64,000 bases of DNA from Somniosus microcephalus (GCA_052327205.1 CM126226.1:45508001-45572000), one strand, 5' to 3'. Counted from the first letter of the stretch, positions 37,146 through 50,454 are shown. A program made the numbers and translations. The notes: a model not told the origin generated them from the sequence alone.

Positions 37146-38282
37146 GGGGTACAGTTTCCACTTTGGGCTTAATCGGCGGACTGGCGCAAATTGTGCCCAA
37201 AATTGCACGAGTTTTGAGAGGTTTTTTTTTCCCCCTCAAGTATCCGCTCAAACTCATTTGCATATCACCAAGTGTAAAATCCGCCATGAACCAGTGCAAT
37301 CTGGTCGCGTTTTAGAACGTAATTTTAAAAAAAGTTTTACTTTAAAGAATAGTCCTTGATATATTTAAGAGTGGTAACTGAGTGCAGTTTGATTAATACA
37401 GCTGAAAATGGGTGTATCACAAAAAATAAGCATTTTTAATCAGTGTCTAATCCACCACCTGAGAGTAACCAGATTTTAAATAACTGAAAATGACTTTAGA
37501 AAACTATACAGAACCATTTGCTAGTTATATTGGTGTACAGTAGTCAGTTTCTTCATAAATTAAAAAGACATATTCAAAAGCTTTTAAAACATGCCTATTA
37601 GTTTCCTTGAGCCCAAAAAAACGGCTTAATTTTAAGAGTCTCCTCAAAGGCCCACAAACGGTGCAATTAGCAGAAACTTGCAATGGTGATTAATTCGATC
37701 TGGGGGGCGCAGCCAGTTTTGTGGCAGGGCCATCTTCTAGCGGAATGTTTTCTAAACCAGCACAAAAGATCGCAGAAACTCGATCTATGCTGGATGTAAT
37801 AATGCGCTTGAAATTCGGGATCTTATTGAAACATAAGATTCTGAAGGGGCTTGACAGGGTAGATGCAGAGAGGAAGTTCCCCCTCGTGGGGGAATCTAGA
37901 ACTAGGGGGCATAATTTCAGAATAAGGGGGTACCCTTTTAAATTGGAAATGAGGAGGAATTTCTTCTCTCAGAGGGTCGTGAATCTTTGGAATTCTCTTC
38001 CCCAGAGAGCTGTGGAGGCTCGGGCATTGAATATATTTAAGATTGAGATTGACAGATTTTTGAAAGGTAAGGGAGTCGAGGGTTATGGGGAGCGGGCAGG
38101 GAAGTGATGTTGAGGCCAAGATCAGATCAGCCATGATCTTATTGAATGGCGGAGCAGGCTCGAGGGGCCAAATGACCTACTCCTGCATCTTATGTAAATT
38201 CCTTGATCTTTTCCACTGGTTTGGTTGAATTCAGGCGAATTGCGCTGAAAAAAACAGCGCAACCTAGCGGAAACTCCAGGCC
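37146..38282. mobile_element. Harbinger-like non-autonomous element containing a CR1 3' fragment (37829-38195, +)
   Basis: Imperfect TIRs ggggtacagtttccact / agcggaaactccaggcc, no clean TSD; inner CR1 reads KILKGLDRVDAERKFPLVGESRTRGHNFRIRG. Confidence 0.6.
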
Positions 38283-38342
38283 ACAGTGTATAAAAAGATA
38301 GCACAGTACCTCTTTAATCTGCCATAACACAGAATTACTTAC

Positions 38343-38443
38343 ACAGAAAGAACGCGAGATGTGGGAGTATGTCTTTTGGTTTTAGCTTTCTCCATAGGTA
38401 GGTATCTGATATTTGAATACTCTCGTTCCTTAGTTTTGTTTTT
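38343..38443 (-). CDS. ptpn11b: SHP-2-like phosphatase exon 14 equivalent
   Basis: KNKTKEREYSNIRYLPMEKAKTKRHTPTSRVLS(V); acceptor gtttcttccag, donor gtaagt; EYSNI corresponds to the SHP-2 Y542 motif EYTNI. Confidence 0.85.
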
Positions 38444-39809
38444 CTGGAAGAAACAGTATTCAGATACGTAAAAAAACGTCAGTATTGCAGCTATATATTT
38501 ACATAGTATTTACATGGCATTCTGGAATTTTTTTTATTCGTTTTCCCTGAAAGCTGTAAATCAGTAGTTTTGATTACTTATACATTCTTTTTCCTGGGTG
38601 CTTAATTTTTTGCCTCTTACTGCTTTAAGCTGGCCATGGGGCTGAAGGGCTGTGAATGGAGGGGGATCATGTGAAAATGGCTCGACAACCAAAGAACATG
38701 TTGGGACTGGGGTGGGCCGAAACAGAGCATCCTGGACCAGAAAAGATACATGGCAGTTCAGGTGGGCTACAGCCCCTGATCGAGACAAAACTTAATAGAT
38801 GCATTTCCAGCAAGGGCTGAACAATTTAATTTCACCAGTCCCTTTTTTAATTGATATCTGTTGCTGACTGGCCACTTTGGATGATCGTTGTTTGAACATC
38901 ATAATTTCTGCTTGCTACTTGTTGATTGGTAAATTCCTTGCATGTTCAGTAACGATTTGTGGTTGTTTTGTGAATATGGAATTCGAGCCAATCAGCTACA
39001 AAGAATTTGCTTATACAAACGTGCGAGGTCCAAAGTGTAATGTGATGGACAAAATGTGCTCTCGAATTACCAGTATACCAGCAGGTCTCCCACGGCATTG
39101 GCTTATGGCGAGCCAGAGGATACTCTGGGGGAGAAATTCTGGCATGAAATGGGTGGCGCACGTGGAATGCGCGTCCAAAGACGTTATCCCAAAGCCTTTG
39201 CATGTGCAGGGTGCCTAACACTTGTTTCAGGCATTGGGCTCCCTGCACACATGGAATTTGCCACATTTCAATTGGGTGGCTGGTGCACTTCCGGTGAAGA
39301 TTGGGCACAAGAGATTGCCAAGCAATCTAAATTTTTCATCCAAAAAAGTGGGTGCACCGAGAATGGATTTCTCCCCCTCGGTCTCTCTCAACCTGAAGAG
39401 TGAAGGAACCTTTCGGCTGGTCACTATAACAGTTGCTCATGCTGTTGACAAATTAATCTAAACTCTATTTTTAAACAGTTCTGGTGAGAGGAGTGAATGC
39501 TGACTGTGCAAGCAACTGTTCTAGTAACCAGGTTATCTACTTCAATGTTAGATGGGCTGAGAGAAGCAGAACATGGACATTTTAAAACATGCTGCTGATT
39601 AAAATTGGGAATGTCTCCTACTTTCCCTTTAGTTAAGTCACCCCTTCTTGATTCTGTCATCTGCCTTTCAAATGTCTGTTTCTTTCTCTCTGTACGTGTG
39701 TATGTATGTCTATCCTTCTCGCTTTCTCTCATTATGGATCATATTCTCGCACACTCTCTCTCTCCCCCTTTCTTTCTGTATGTCTTTTTCTTCCTCCCTT
39801 GCAGTCTCT

Positions 39810-40617
39810 GGCCTAGAATTTGTATACGCCCATTTTTGGGCGCACGGAGCGATCCCTGCAACTGAATGGATAGGCCGAAGGCGCACCCAACATTGGGTCT
39901 CGGGTCTCATTATCAGTGAGCCAACGAGCTGCTGACATCTAATAGGTGCCCTAAGGCAGCTCACTTCCACAGCGGAGTGGAAGATCGGGCCACTGTGACG
40001 CCAATTTATTTGCCTGTATCAATATAGTGGGCAAAGTACTTCCAGCTCGAAATGAGCATGTGATTTTTTTTCCTCTGAGGTTTTTGGGTAGCTAACCAGC
40101 AGAGTGTGCCGTGCAGCTACCTGACAATAATGGTGGGAGACCCAGCTCAGTTTGAGGGCCGGGTCTCAATAACATACGGCCGGGCAAGCTGTGGGCGGAA
40201 CATGAGTGACCCGGGGCTCCGGGCCATCGTATTATCGGGCAGCTCGGCTGACTTCCAGCCCCAGGAAAAAAAAGGGAGTCTGTTCTCGGGAGGGGCAGGA
40301 GATCTGGTGTGGTCGTGGCCAGGTTGTTTTTGTGGAACCTGGAGGAGCATTCTTGCTCCTTTTGGCCTCTCAAAAAGAAATAAAAACGTAACTGCCGGGG
40401 TCCTCTTTGGCTGGACTGTCAGCTGAAACTGTGCGCAGCGTGCATGCTCTGCCCAGTTCAGTCCTAAAATGGCAAATGGCAAGAATGTAGATCATAAGAC
40501 ACCATTCTGCATATTAAAAGAGCATACCACCTGACACAGGTGGGCACTTTGGCTTCCCAGCGGCAGGCCCTTGGTGGGAACATGGTGGTAAGTCATATCC
40601 CACCATTTTCTAGCATT
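39810..40617. mobile_element. Harbinger-like DNA transposon remnant
   Basis: Starts ggcctagaattt, ends ccattttctagca; GC/CpG-rich interior similar in style to the other Harbinger remnants. Confidence 0.4.
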
Positions 40618-41595
40618 TTATTATATTTCTTCCAAGCAGGAGGCCTCAAAATCTCCTCCTATGTCTCTCTCTCCCCTTCTATTTTCTGTGTTTTCTCTTT
40701 TTGTTTCTGTAAAAACAACTCTTTGAAAATAGTTTCCGTCAAAATTTACTTAAAAAAAGCTCCAAAGTTCATTCTTTACTTTATTTTGAAGTCAGCAGGG
40801 AAAACAAGGTAAGAACTGGCATGAACTGCTAACTTGCCAATCCTTACATTGGCTACTGCAAGGTATGTTGGTTACTCCTTTCAATTTTTTTCCTCAAAGA
40901 CGTTCATAACTACAAATATATACTTTATTAATGTGTTTTAAATCAAATACTGAAAAGTTTTATTTGTATTCAGTGGCAACTATACAAGACTATAGCTGCT
41001 GTAAGGTTGCTGTGTGACAGGGCAAAAATTGCACAATTTATGACAAATACAGCATATCCCAGTTAAGCTTCAAAGCGTGTTTAAATCTGATTCTTGCCAA
41101 AGGGCAGCTAACAGATGTAACAGAGTACAGGCATAGAATGAGCACAGCACAGATCAGAATGATACATCTGTTGTCACTTCCAACTGCTTAGTTTACTGTT
41201 GCTGTACAGTGCAGAAAGTGCTGAAATATTTATATATCCAAGTTAGATAATATACCGATGCCGGTTTTGAAGGCAAAATAGGAGTTAATAACGTAAATTT
41301 AATTTTAGACAAAAGACTATTATATAGGACATGAGTTTTCAGCCAATCCAACCTTGCTTTAAATAAGATTTGTACTTTCAAAATGCTGTACGTTTTAGTG
41401 TAAATTTAAGCTATACATCTTTTGAAACAGCTGTCTTGCTATCTGTACTCCTTCAAGCAAAATAAAGGATTTTTTTTGTTTATTTTATGACATGAATGGG
41501 GTACAAAGGTTTTTCCAGACAATGGGAAAGGATTGTATCTCTTCTATTGTAGGTTTTTAAACTTTCTCAATGTGGGTAATGTGTGACATAATTAC

Positions 41596-41747
41596 CTGTT
41601 CCTCCAGTAGCCTTTTCTGAACTGTCTCAATATACTGCTGTACAGCCATGTATATGAACTTATACTGAGCTTCTGTTTGTACCATTCCTGATCTTTGTTT
41701 TCGTACTATTTGAATTGTTTTAGGGATGTCTATATCACAGTCCAAAC
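41596..41747 (-). CDS. ptpn11b: SHP-2-like phosphatase exon 13 equivalent (Q-loop)
   Basis: (G)[50 protein letters not shown]; 152 nt, AG/GT flanks. Confidence 0.95.
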
Positions 41748-43095
41748 CTATTGAAGGAAAAAAAATTAATGAATTGTCCATATTTTCATTTTTATTAAAA
41801 TGAAGCTCAAATGAAGGCTTACAAAACACATATTTCTCAGCCTGAACACAATCACCACAGGATTCTTGCCTAATATTATAAGTTTATGCTCATCAGACTT
41901 CAAAATTTGCACCTGGAATTTCCACAGGGGTTCTCCTGATCTAATGGTATAACTTTGGTGAAAGATCAGTGAAACTCCTGGAGAAATGGAGCAAACAGCT
42001 AAAAACAGCCAAATTCTCCTCCTAGATATTTATTTCCACAACAGCTGTTCTAATTGGTGCCATCATTGGAGTCCTCTTGTCATAATCTTCATAGCACCAG
42101 ATGATGCTGCAGGTGACACAGGAGTGAACACAAGGTGCTTTTACATTTGGCAATTTTGTAGTTTGGATAGCAGGAGAATTACATCTGCTTACATTGTTAA
42201 AATGTACAATTCATGATTCTGCTGTTGGGATAAGAAAAACTGTTCCAGTAATGTAAACGTGTAGCGGTGATGCACGGGCATTGCTTTCCTGGAACCCAAA
42301 CTGAAGAAGTGTCAAATATAAATCTGTCTTAAGCTCTTGCTCCCTTAACTCAATATTGTGCCTCATACTTCATGTGTAAATAATATGTTTGTCTTTCTCT
42401 TACTTTGTGTTGGAGTAGGCCCAGAGTCATTTTCTCTCTTGCTGTTTCTCTTTGTTTACATATTTCTGGCCACTGGTATAAAATTCTTTCAGAAAATAGG
42501 AGATGTATTTATTTTCTCAATGTTTGTCTTTACTAGTCATGTCCTATATTCATGTCCGGCACATGATGGGCTGAATGGCCTCCTTCTGTTCTGTATGATT
42601 CTATGATTTACTTTTTAAAAATCTAATTTTCTTTGCACGTTCCTTTGAAATGCCTCTTTTTTGGTCTACCATCTGCTCCCTCAGGCGCACTGAGCTGCAA
42701 GATTCTGCATGCAGCCAGAGATAGATTGGAATTACTGACATTAAAAGATGAAAGAAAATAAAAAGAAAAATTAATTAAGAGGAATGGCACAGGAAATGCA
42801 CATAGAAAGGGAGTGAAGATGAAAGCCAAGACAGATGGGGAAAGAACGTGTTGAAGGTAACAGCAATAATTAAAAACTAGAACAATAATAAAATCATGCT
42901 TGAATTACAAACTAGGCTTGGAACAATGTAATTGGCCAGGCAGTTTTAAAATCCACCATATGTTCAGATATGACATATTCCCATTTCAGGTGAACCATCA
43001 CAGGCAGATGAGTAGCAGAGGGAGGGAAGGGCGGATGGAACAAAATGATGCAACTCTGGGCCACACTCAAGAGTTACAGTGACAGAAGCAGATTA

Positions 43096-43449
43096 CAGGA
43101 AACTTTTGTGTTATCCGGAGGCTAAGTGTCCAGCAAGCTCGAGCCACCGGCAAAAATCAGGAGCCGTTTTGTTAGGTTTTTTCCTTCTCGTGGCTTTTTT
43201 TTCCTTCTCGTGGCTTTTTTTTCAACAGTCAGGCTCTGGAAAGTCTCTCTGAAGCTGTTGCTAAGCTACAGAGACGCTTCCAAGGTACGGGCCGACTGTT
43301 TAGAAGCTGTTGCTAAGCAACGGTGTTTGTTGTCAGATACGGAGATGAAAAGCTCCGTATGCTTCAACATTAACGCTGGTGTGTCCGGCAGTTTTGAGGG
43401 AACTGCAACAGCTCGGTCCCGTCGGTGCCGGACAGCACAAAGTTTCCTG
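43096..43449. mobile_element. Tigger/pogo-like MITE
   Basis: TIRs caggaaacttttgtgttatccgg / ccggacagcacaaagtttcctg; TA on the left, TG on the right; one end matches the element at 62034. Confidence 0.7.
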
Positions 43450-44674
43450 TGCTTGCCTTTACACAGAAATGCAAAATTCTTGGAGGGTGAGAACAGTCAA
43501 AAGAAGTGGTGAGATGGATAAGAATTGAATTCATCTCCTCTATAAAGACACATTAAATGCAATAGTGTCTGCTCTATTATACTATATTGCAATTCCTCCC
43601 CCCACCACCCCTAACTGCAATTTGAAACTAAAAGTTGTGCTTCTCCAGGGGATTGATGGGCCAGCTGAGCCAATTAGATCAGATAGGCCCCAGATTTGTG
43701 CGAGTTAGTTATCTCAGGCAACGGTAAGGGTTCTAAATAGAAAGGTCACAAAGAAAAAAAATCCACCAGGATTCCTCTGATGTTTTCTGTGATTGACTAG
43801 TATATCAACACTCATGTCAAGATTCAAACATGAGTAATAGGCACCAGAACATGTACCAAGAAGGAACCAAGTCACAGATGTACTCAATAAGGAGTCAATG
43901 GAGTTGCTTTTAACACTTGGCACAAACCGGGCGGTTGGTCAGCGGGGTGCGACTGCCGCACAGCTGTTGCTGCTGAATAAGGCGCGAGCCATTGAGGTGC
44001 CTGGGCCTCACTCGATTCAAGCCGGTAAGCTGCGCACGACAAACTAGAGTCGACAGTCCGGGCCTGGGTCAGGTGGGGCATACACATGGCTGGCAGCTGC
44101 CCGAGTATTTTTGTGGGGCTAGGAGGAGCAAGGTGACAAAGGTTTCCAGTCATCTTTTTATCAGCTCCATCGGTCCCTTTAAGGACCACTGGTTTGGCCG
44201 TTCAATGCTGGTACAAGTGGACATAACATGCATGGCACATGCTGGGTCCATTTATACCTCAAAATTGCAACTGAGGTTTTATGTACATCATAGGACCCTG
44301 ATTTGCATATGAAACAGATAGGCGCTCCAGGCACCCACTGAAAGGCCCCTACCAAGATGGCAGTGGCCAGAGTGCCAGCACAAACAGGGAGGTAAGCAAC
44401 CCAACGCCATATTTAGGCCACATTTGCCCCGTTTGTGCCAGGCAGCTGCAGTTAAAATCCTAACATCTGTCTTCAGAAGAGGAAAGGGAGGGGAGACGAT
44501 TAACAGAGTAAAATAGTTTAGAAAAAAAGTTCACTCAAATATTTTACATAACAACGTGGGAAAATTGTGTATTTTCTTTCATATATAATATATAGTCTAA
44601 AATCTAACTACAGTGTAAATTAATCAATACTCTGCTCATGAATCTTACTTTTATCTGGCTTTAGTGTTTCTTAC

Positions 44675-44742
44675 CTTGCCTGTTAATGTCAGCTACCAAC
44701 ATGTCTATAACAATTATGGTTCCTGTTCTTCCAATTCCAGCA
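44675..44742 (-). CDS. ptpn11b: SHP-2-like phosphatase exon 12 equivalent (P-loop)
   Basis: (S)AGIGRTGTIIVIDMLVADINRQ(G); 68 nt; completes an intact HCSAGIGRTG catalytic motif. Confidence 0.95.
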
Positions 44743-46142
44743 CTGAAGAAGGAAAAATTGTGTTAGTAGGAAAGTAAATTGTATGGAGATTAACAGACTG
44801 GTAGCTTTTGATTGGAGTTCTAGCTGAGAATAGAGAGTGGAGAATGGAGGTTGAGGTTGAGGTTGAGATTGGTAATAAACTGTAAGGCTCACAAAATTCC
44901 AGGGTGTCAAGGAGGATATTTCTGAACTGTAATGTCCAAGGGGAGGGGAGACCCAGGTTCCAACAGGGTTCCACCCATTTTGGGCCCTGTCTGAAATACT
45001 GGCAGTTTCAGGGCTGGATAATCCATTTGAATCAGTAGAGGAGCTCAGAACTCTGCAAGGAATTCCCCGACAATAAAATACTTTGCCGGCCCTCACATAT
45101 TTGAACGAATGAGATTTAGCCATATTTTAAATGAAAACAAAGGAAGCATGTCTTTAAAGGGAAAAATTAGTCTAGGCATTTCATAGGAAAAAAATGGTCT
45201 CGAAAGCCTGCAGGCCAGCGACCCTGGCAAGTATGCCAGCTGTTGAACCCACCAGGAGATGTAGGGTATGGGGAAGGTCACCAAACATGAATGCCACTGA
45301 GGTGCCCACACGATTCAGGGCACATCTTCCAGAGCTGAGAAAACTGCTTGGGGGAGGGTGGGGGCTGGGTCCATCCCCAGGGAAAATAAAATTCATGTGC
45401 CTCCATCTTACTCCTTTATACGTGGACCACATTTAAAGCAAGTTTTAAAATAAGCTCACCTTTTTATCTTTGGGAGTCCAGGTCACCACTGAGATCTGTA
45501 CCCCCAAGGAGGCCCACATTCATCAACTGGCAGGTCAGTACACCTCTTCTTACTGGGAATTCCGGTCTTTGAATTTGGCCCAACATGCTCCTAAGGTGGG
45601 CTGTCGGGACTCCAAACATAGGGAATCCCCCAGCCCCCTGCATCAATGGCCTTGTTTGGGCAGCACGGAGGCTCCATCCCAAGGAAAGGCCATGGGAAAC
45701 TTCTGGGCAAGGGTAGAACCTAGCATATTTGGATCCTGGCCCTTATGCTGCACTCCTACTAGAGTTGAGCAGGAGTGAGCTGGAAGGGCTGAGGATTTTT
45801 GGCCCTAATATACTCGCAAGAATTTTTTTGACATTCTTGAAAGAACATTAATTTTGTTACCAGCATGGAGAACCTCAAATTGAGTCTTTTTGCCTGCCAG
45901 GCTACTCTCGTAACATCATTAATGGGGAGTGTTTTTATGCATCCTCGAGCAGCACCATATGATACAGCAGGAGCAGGACTGCAGATTAAACTGAGAACCA
46001 CTCCAGATCTGTGGGACCACGGAAACCCGTACTACAGACCGTCTCCAGAGTGACACTCAACCGAGCCCAGAGTCAGCTTGTGTATTTCCCATAGAGCCAC
46101 TCTAGGACAGGCAGGGACACTCCCTAACAGTGATATCACTAA

Positions 46143-47325
46143 TACATAGGATTACATAGGATAAACAGCACAGAAACAGGCCATTCGGCCCAACCAGTCC
46201 ATAGCGGCATTTATGCTCCCCTTGAGCCTCCTCCTGTCTTTACTCATCTAAATCTATCAGCATAACCCTCTACTTCATTCTCCCTCATATGCTTGTCTAG
46301 CCTCCCCTTAAATGCATCTATACTATTTGCTTCAATCACTCCCTGTGGTAGCGAGTTCCACATTCTCACCACTCTCTGGGTAAAGAAGTTCCTTTTGAAT
46401 TCCCTATTTGATTTCTTGGTGAATATCTTATATTGATGGCCTCTAGTTTTGCTCTTCCCCACAAGTGGAAACACACTCTGTATCTATTCTATCAAAACCT
46501 TTCATAATTTTAAAGACCTCTATTAGGTCACCCCTCAGCCTTCCTTTTTCCAAGAGAAAAGAGACCCAGCCTGTTCATCCTTTCCTGATAGATATACCCT
46601 CGCATTTCTGGTATCATCCTTGTAAATCTTCTCTGCACCCTCTCCAGTGTCTCTATATCCTTTTTATAATATGGCGACCAGAATTGTACGCAGTATCCAA
46701 GTGTGGTCTAACCAAGGTTCGATACAAGTTTAGCATAACTTCTCTACTTTGCAATTCAATCCCTCTGGAATTAAACCCTAGTGCTTGGTTTGCTTTTTTT
46801 TTAATATAAACGGCCTTGTTAATCTGTGTTGCACTTTCAGTGATTTGTGTATTTGTACTCCGAGATCCCTTTGCTCTTCTACCCCACTTAGAGTTGTATT
46901 TTCCAAGTAAGATGTGACCTCCCTATTTTTCCTACCAAAATGTAATACTGCACATTTATCTGTGTTGAATTTCATTTGCCAATTATATGCCCAATCTTCA
47001 AGTTTATTAATGTCTTGTAATTTTTTGCTGTCCTCCTCAGTATTGACTATCCCCTCCAATTTAGTGTCATCTGCAAATTTAGAAATTGTGTTTTTGATTC
47101 CAAAGCCTAAATCATTAATATAAATTGTGAACAACAGTGGTCTCAGAACTGATCCTTGTGGAATACCACTTCCCACCACTCTGAATAGCTACCCTTTACC
47201 CCTCTCTGCTTTCGGTCTTGAAGCCAGCTCGCTATCCATTCTGCTACTTGTCTCCTGACTCCATATTCCTTGACCTTATTCATTAGTCTATTATGTGGTG
47301 ACTTATCGAAGACCTTTTGAAATTA
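46143..47325 (-). mobile_element. CR1 LINE 3' part
   Basis: GIPQGSVLRPLLFTIYINDL, FADDTKL, FFTQRVVRMWNSLPQG; acataggattacatagg tail. Confidence 0.9.
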
Positions 47326-47819
47326 CGTTTACGCTCTCTGTTACCTACCAGGGAGAGAAACCTGATTTGAGCACCTCGGAGTAATATAAATTAACATTTT
47401 ACAAAAATGTCAAAAAGTTTTCATGAGTTTTTTTTTCATGGCCCTAGCTTCCTTTTTAGGGTCCTTTGGCTTTTGAATGGATAACCACACATATTAGTGC
47501 CCTGTGTGTTAGTCAATGTTTATAAAACGATCACAAACAACACTCGGTTAGCTGCTCCATTAAAAGATCATTTTGGCATCATTATAAATCGAAGAGTAAA
47601 TATAAGTAGGTGTTAAAAGGATCTAGCCACATTTAAAGACAGAGGTGACCAGTTCACTCTCAATATAATGATAGTTAATGGAATAATGCTCCAGTTTTCA
47701 ACCAGTTACTGAATCCTTCATTAACCTTGAAACTCTTACTGTACATGTTTTGAGGAGGGGTAGCATATGGTGGCCAGTTTACAGTGATCCAATGTCAGAT
47801 TTGCAAATGATCCAAGTAC

Positions 47820-47974
47820 CTGCAGTGCACAATAATAGGGCCAGTATCTGGAATGCTTTGCTGTGCTCTGTTTACTTGGTCCAGGAAACTCAGTACTCCT
47901 CCTGGTTCATTGGGCACCCCGTGGTCTGGCCAGCTGAGATACTGATAGTGCCATATGCGCCTAGGTGGTTCATT
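47820..47974 (-). CDS. ptpn11b: SHP-2-like phosphatase exon 11 equivalent (WPD loop, catalytic Cys)
   Basis: NEPPRRIWHYQYLSWPDHGVPNEPGGVLSFLDQVNRAQQSIPDTGPIIVHC(S); 155 nt, AG/GT flanks. Confidence 0.95.
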
Positions 47975-48451
47975 CTGTGTGAAATAAAACCATAAAATGC
48001 TTGTCAGCACATTTTCAATTCTCTGAAGAGTGGCAACAGGGACTGTAGCAATTGTTACACATTTTCAGACAAGTAATCCTGCACGATTAGCAACAAGAAA
48101 TACAGCGGAGTCTGTATGTCAATTCTATTTTGCCGAAGAAAAATGCTCAATAAATCTCATCAGGAATGAATAATTGTAAAAGAATTACTGGTTGGGGGAT
48201 TATCAAATTGAGAGTTATTCTTAAATGGGTGCTAGTTTTTTTGTGGGTTTCCTTTAATTTTACTAGGTCCACTCGGTAATCAAACGCATCAAAAGAAAAT
48301 GCTTCCTTTTCAGCAAGCAGTGCAAAATATAGGTAACCATAATACAAGCTTTTTTATATAAGTACAATGAAAATAATGTATATTTTCTTGGTCCAATAAT
48401 GATCTACTTTTAATCCCTTCTTGTTAATGGTCAGTATACAGAAAACACTGT

Positions 48452-49952
48452 GGGGGTAAAATTTGATTAGGCTCGAAAACGGGCGCGATCTGCCCACACC
48501 CGTTCAAAGTGGTGCAGGCAGCATGCAAAATTTGTGCTGCCTGCTCATTATAATGATTGGAGCGCTGAGCTCAGCGCTAAACGCTCAGTGCTGGTTGGCT
48601 TAGCACTGAAGAGGGGGGCCAATATCGGGTGCAGTCTACTGCCAATAACATTTTGTCTAGGCTCTCTGCACTTCTTAAAAGGGAGGTGCTTTGTTGCAGA
48701 AGCACCTCATTGTCACTGTGGATGCAGCCATGTTGCAACAGGGAAGAGAAAGGGCACAGTGCTTTTCAGATGCAGCACTGGCGGCCTTGGTCCAGGGGGT
48801 ACACAGAAGACAGGTCCTCTACCCACAGCTGGAGCCCTTCGAGACAGAACACCAGAAGGCAGTGAGAGGAGATAGCTCAAGCTGTCAGTGCCAATAGTGT
48901 TGCCCCCAGGACCTGGATCCAGTGCTGCAAGAAGTTCAATGACCTCACACGAGTGGTCAAGGTCAGTGAATGCATCTTCAAATGCCATATCCCACCGTCT
49001 GCACTATTCGCCTCACAAACTGCTCAATGCACCACACCCCCATCACTCACCTAGCAATCACTACTCATACCTCACAATCATAGTTTCACCTCACCCTCGC
49101 ACACTTACCACTGTTGCAAGCCTCACACCCACATCTCACACCTTGCACACACTGTCAGTTATTCAACTGTGGCAGGTACATAACCCAAACACATTGCACC
49201 ACTCTCACTGATGCACTTCCCTTTCTCTTGCAGGCGAAAGTGGCACACAACCATAAAGTGCAGGCACCTCACACACTGCTCCTGGCTCAGGTTGAGGTAA
49301 GAGAATTGCTCTCAGAAGACCCTAGGTGGGTAAGATCTGCTGCTTAGAGCCCTCCTGCCCCTCTTCCTCCTCCCTCTGCGAGCAGCTTGTCCTCTTCTTT
49401 GCTGGCTGTGCTCCATCTCCGTCATGCTGCAGCGCGAGGGGGACTGCAAGTAGAGCCACCATGACTGGGAGCAAGTGGTCTGAGCAGAACCCTTGAATTC
49501 AGAAGCAAGGACTTCTCCACTTGCAGCACCACTCCCCGTCACCTCACCAACTTTGAATATCTGCAGAAAGCTCCAAACAGTTGCACAAACTTATACAGAG
49601 CTGTAGAAATCAAAAGGCAAGTAACCTGAAAGTTGTTGTTGATCCCTTTAAATATTGCTGGTGCGGGGTGGGTCCCTTGTGCGTTCAGCTGTGTGTGCTT
49701 TGGAGAGGGCGTGCAGTTGAGCATCGACATCCAAAATAGCAGGTTGTGTCCCCGATGTCCAAAATAGCAGATCGTGCATCAAATCAGTGTTGCACGCTGA
49801 TTGACGTCACGATCTGCCTCATTAGCATTCTTCTGTCGAATGCAGGCAACGGCCACACTACCGACCTGCCCAAAATGGCGACCGCCATGGCCACCATTTT
49901 TCTGCCAAAACCGGCCTTAAATGCCGGCGCTAAGAGGGGGAATTTCACGGCC
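48452..49952 (+). mobile_element. PIF/Harbinger element with a spliced Myb/SANT gene remnant
   Basis: TGT TSD (48449-48451, 49953-49955), TIRs gggggtaaaattt / aatttcacggcc; frameshifted MLQQGRERAQCFSDAALAALV..IAQAVSANSVAPRTWIQCCKKFNDLTRVVK|gtcagt, then acceptor ttctcttgcag|AKVAHN. Confidence 0.8.
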
Positions 49953-50454
49953 TGTGTGTATATTCTGTCTATATTTTAAGTAGTGATTTTCCACCTGTAT
50001 TTGTTGTTCTCCCACCCCCACAACAAAATAATTGTATGGGTTACATTGGTAAGCACCAGATTGCAGCCAGAAGTCACCAATACTGACTTTGTTAAAATAT
50101 TATTGTACCAGATTGTGCTTGGTACTGAGTGTGTTAAAAAAAGCAACAAACTAGTAAACCTGCCTGGTCTGTGATGTGCTCCAATATTCCCTCAGGCCCT
50201 AAGCCACGAACTGACAATAATCCTTGTCATCCTATCGCAAGCAGCACTACATTTAAATTCATACAATATACTCCAAAGTGGTAAGAGAAACATTTAAAAC
50301 CAAAATTCACTATCTGGTATAAAAAGTATTGTAAGTAAATTGACGATAGTATCAATCTTGGGAGGGGGGGGGAGTCAGATCACTGTCCTCCAAGAACCTA
50401 TAACATCAGCTTTCTCTCTCAAAGGCACCTTGCACCTCCTCAGTTTGTCCCAAA

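Noticed and set aside
43714-43923. ORF with DMSVDILVN as phosphatase exon 12 or a duplicate exon
   Set aside because: Lacks AGIGRTG and fitting splice phases; the real exon is 44675-44742.
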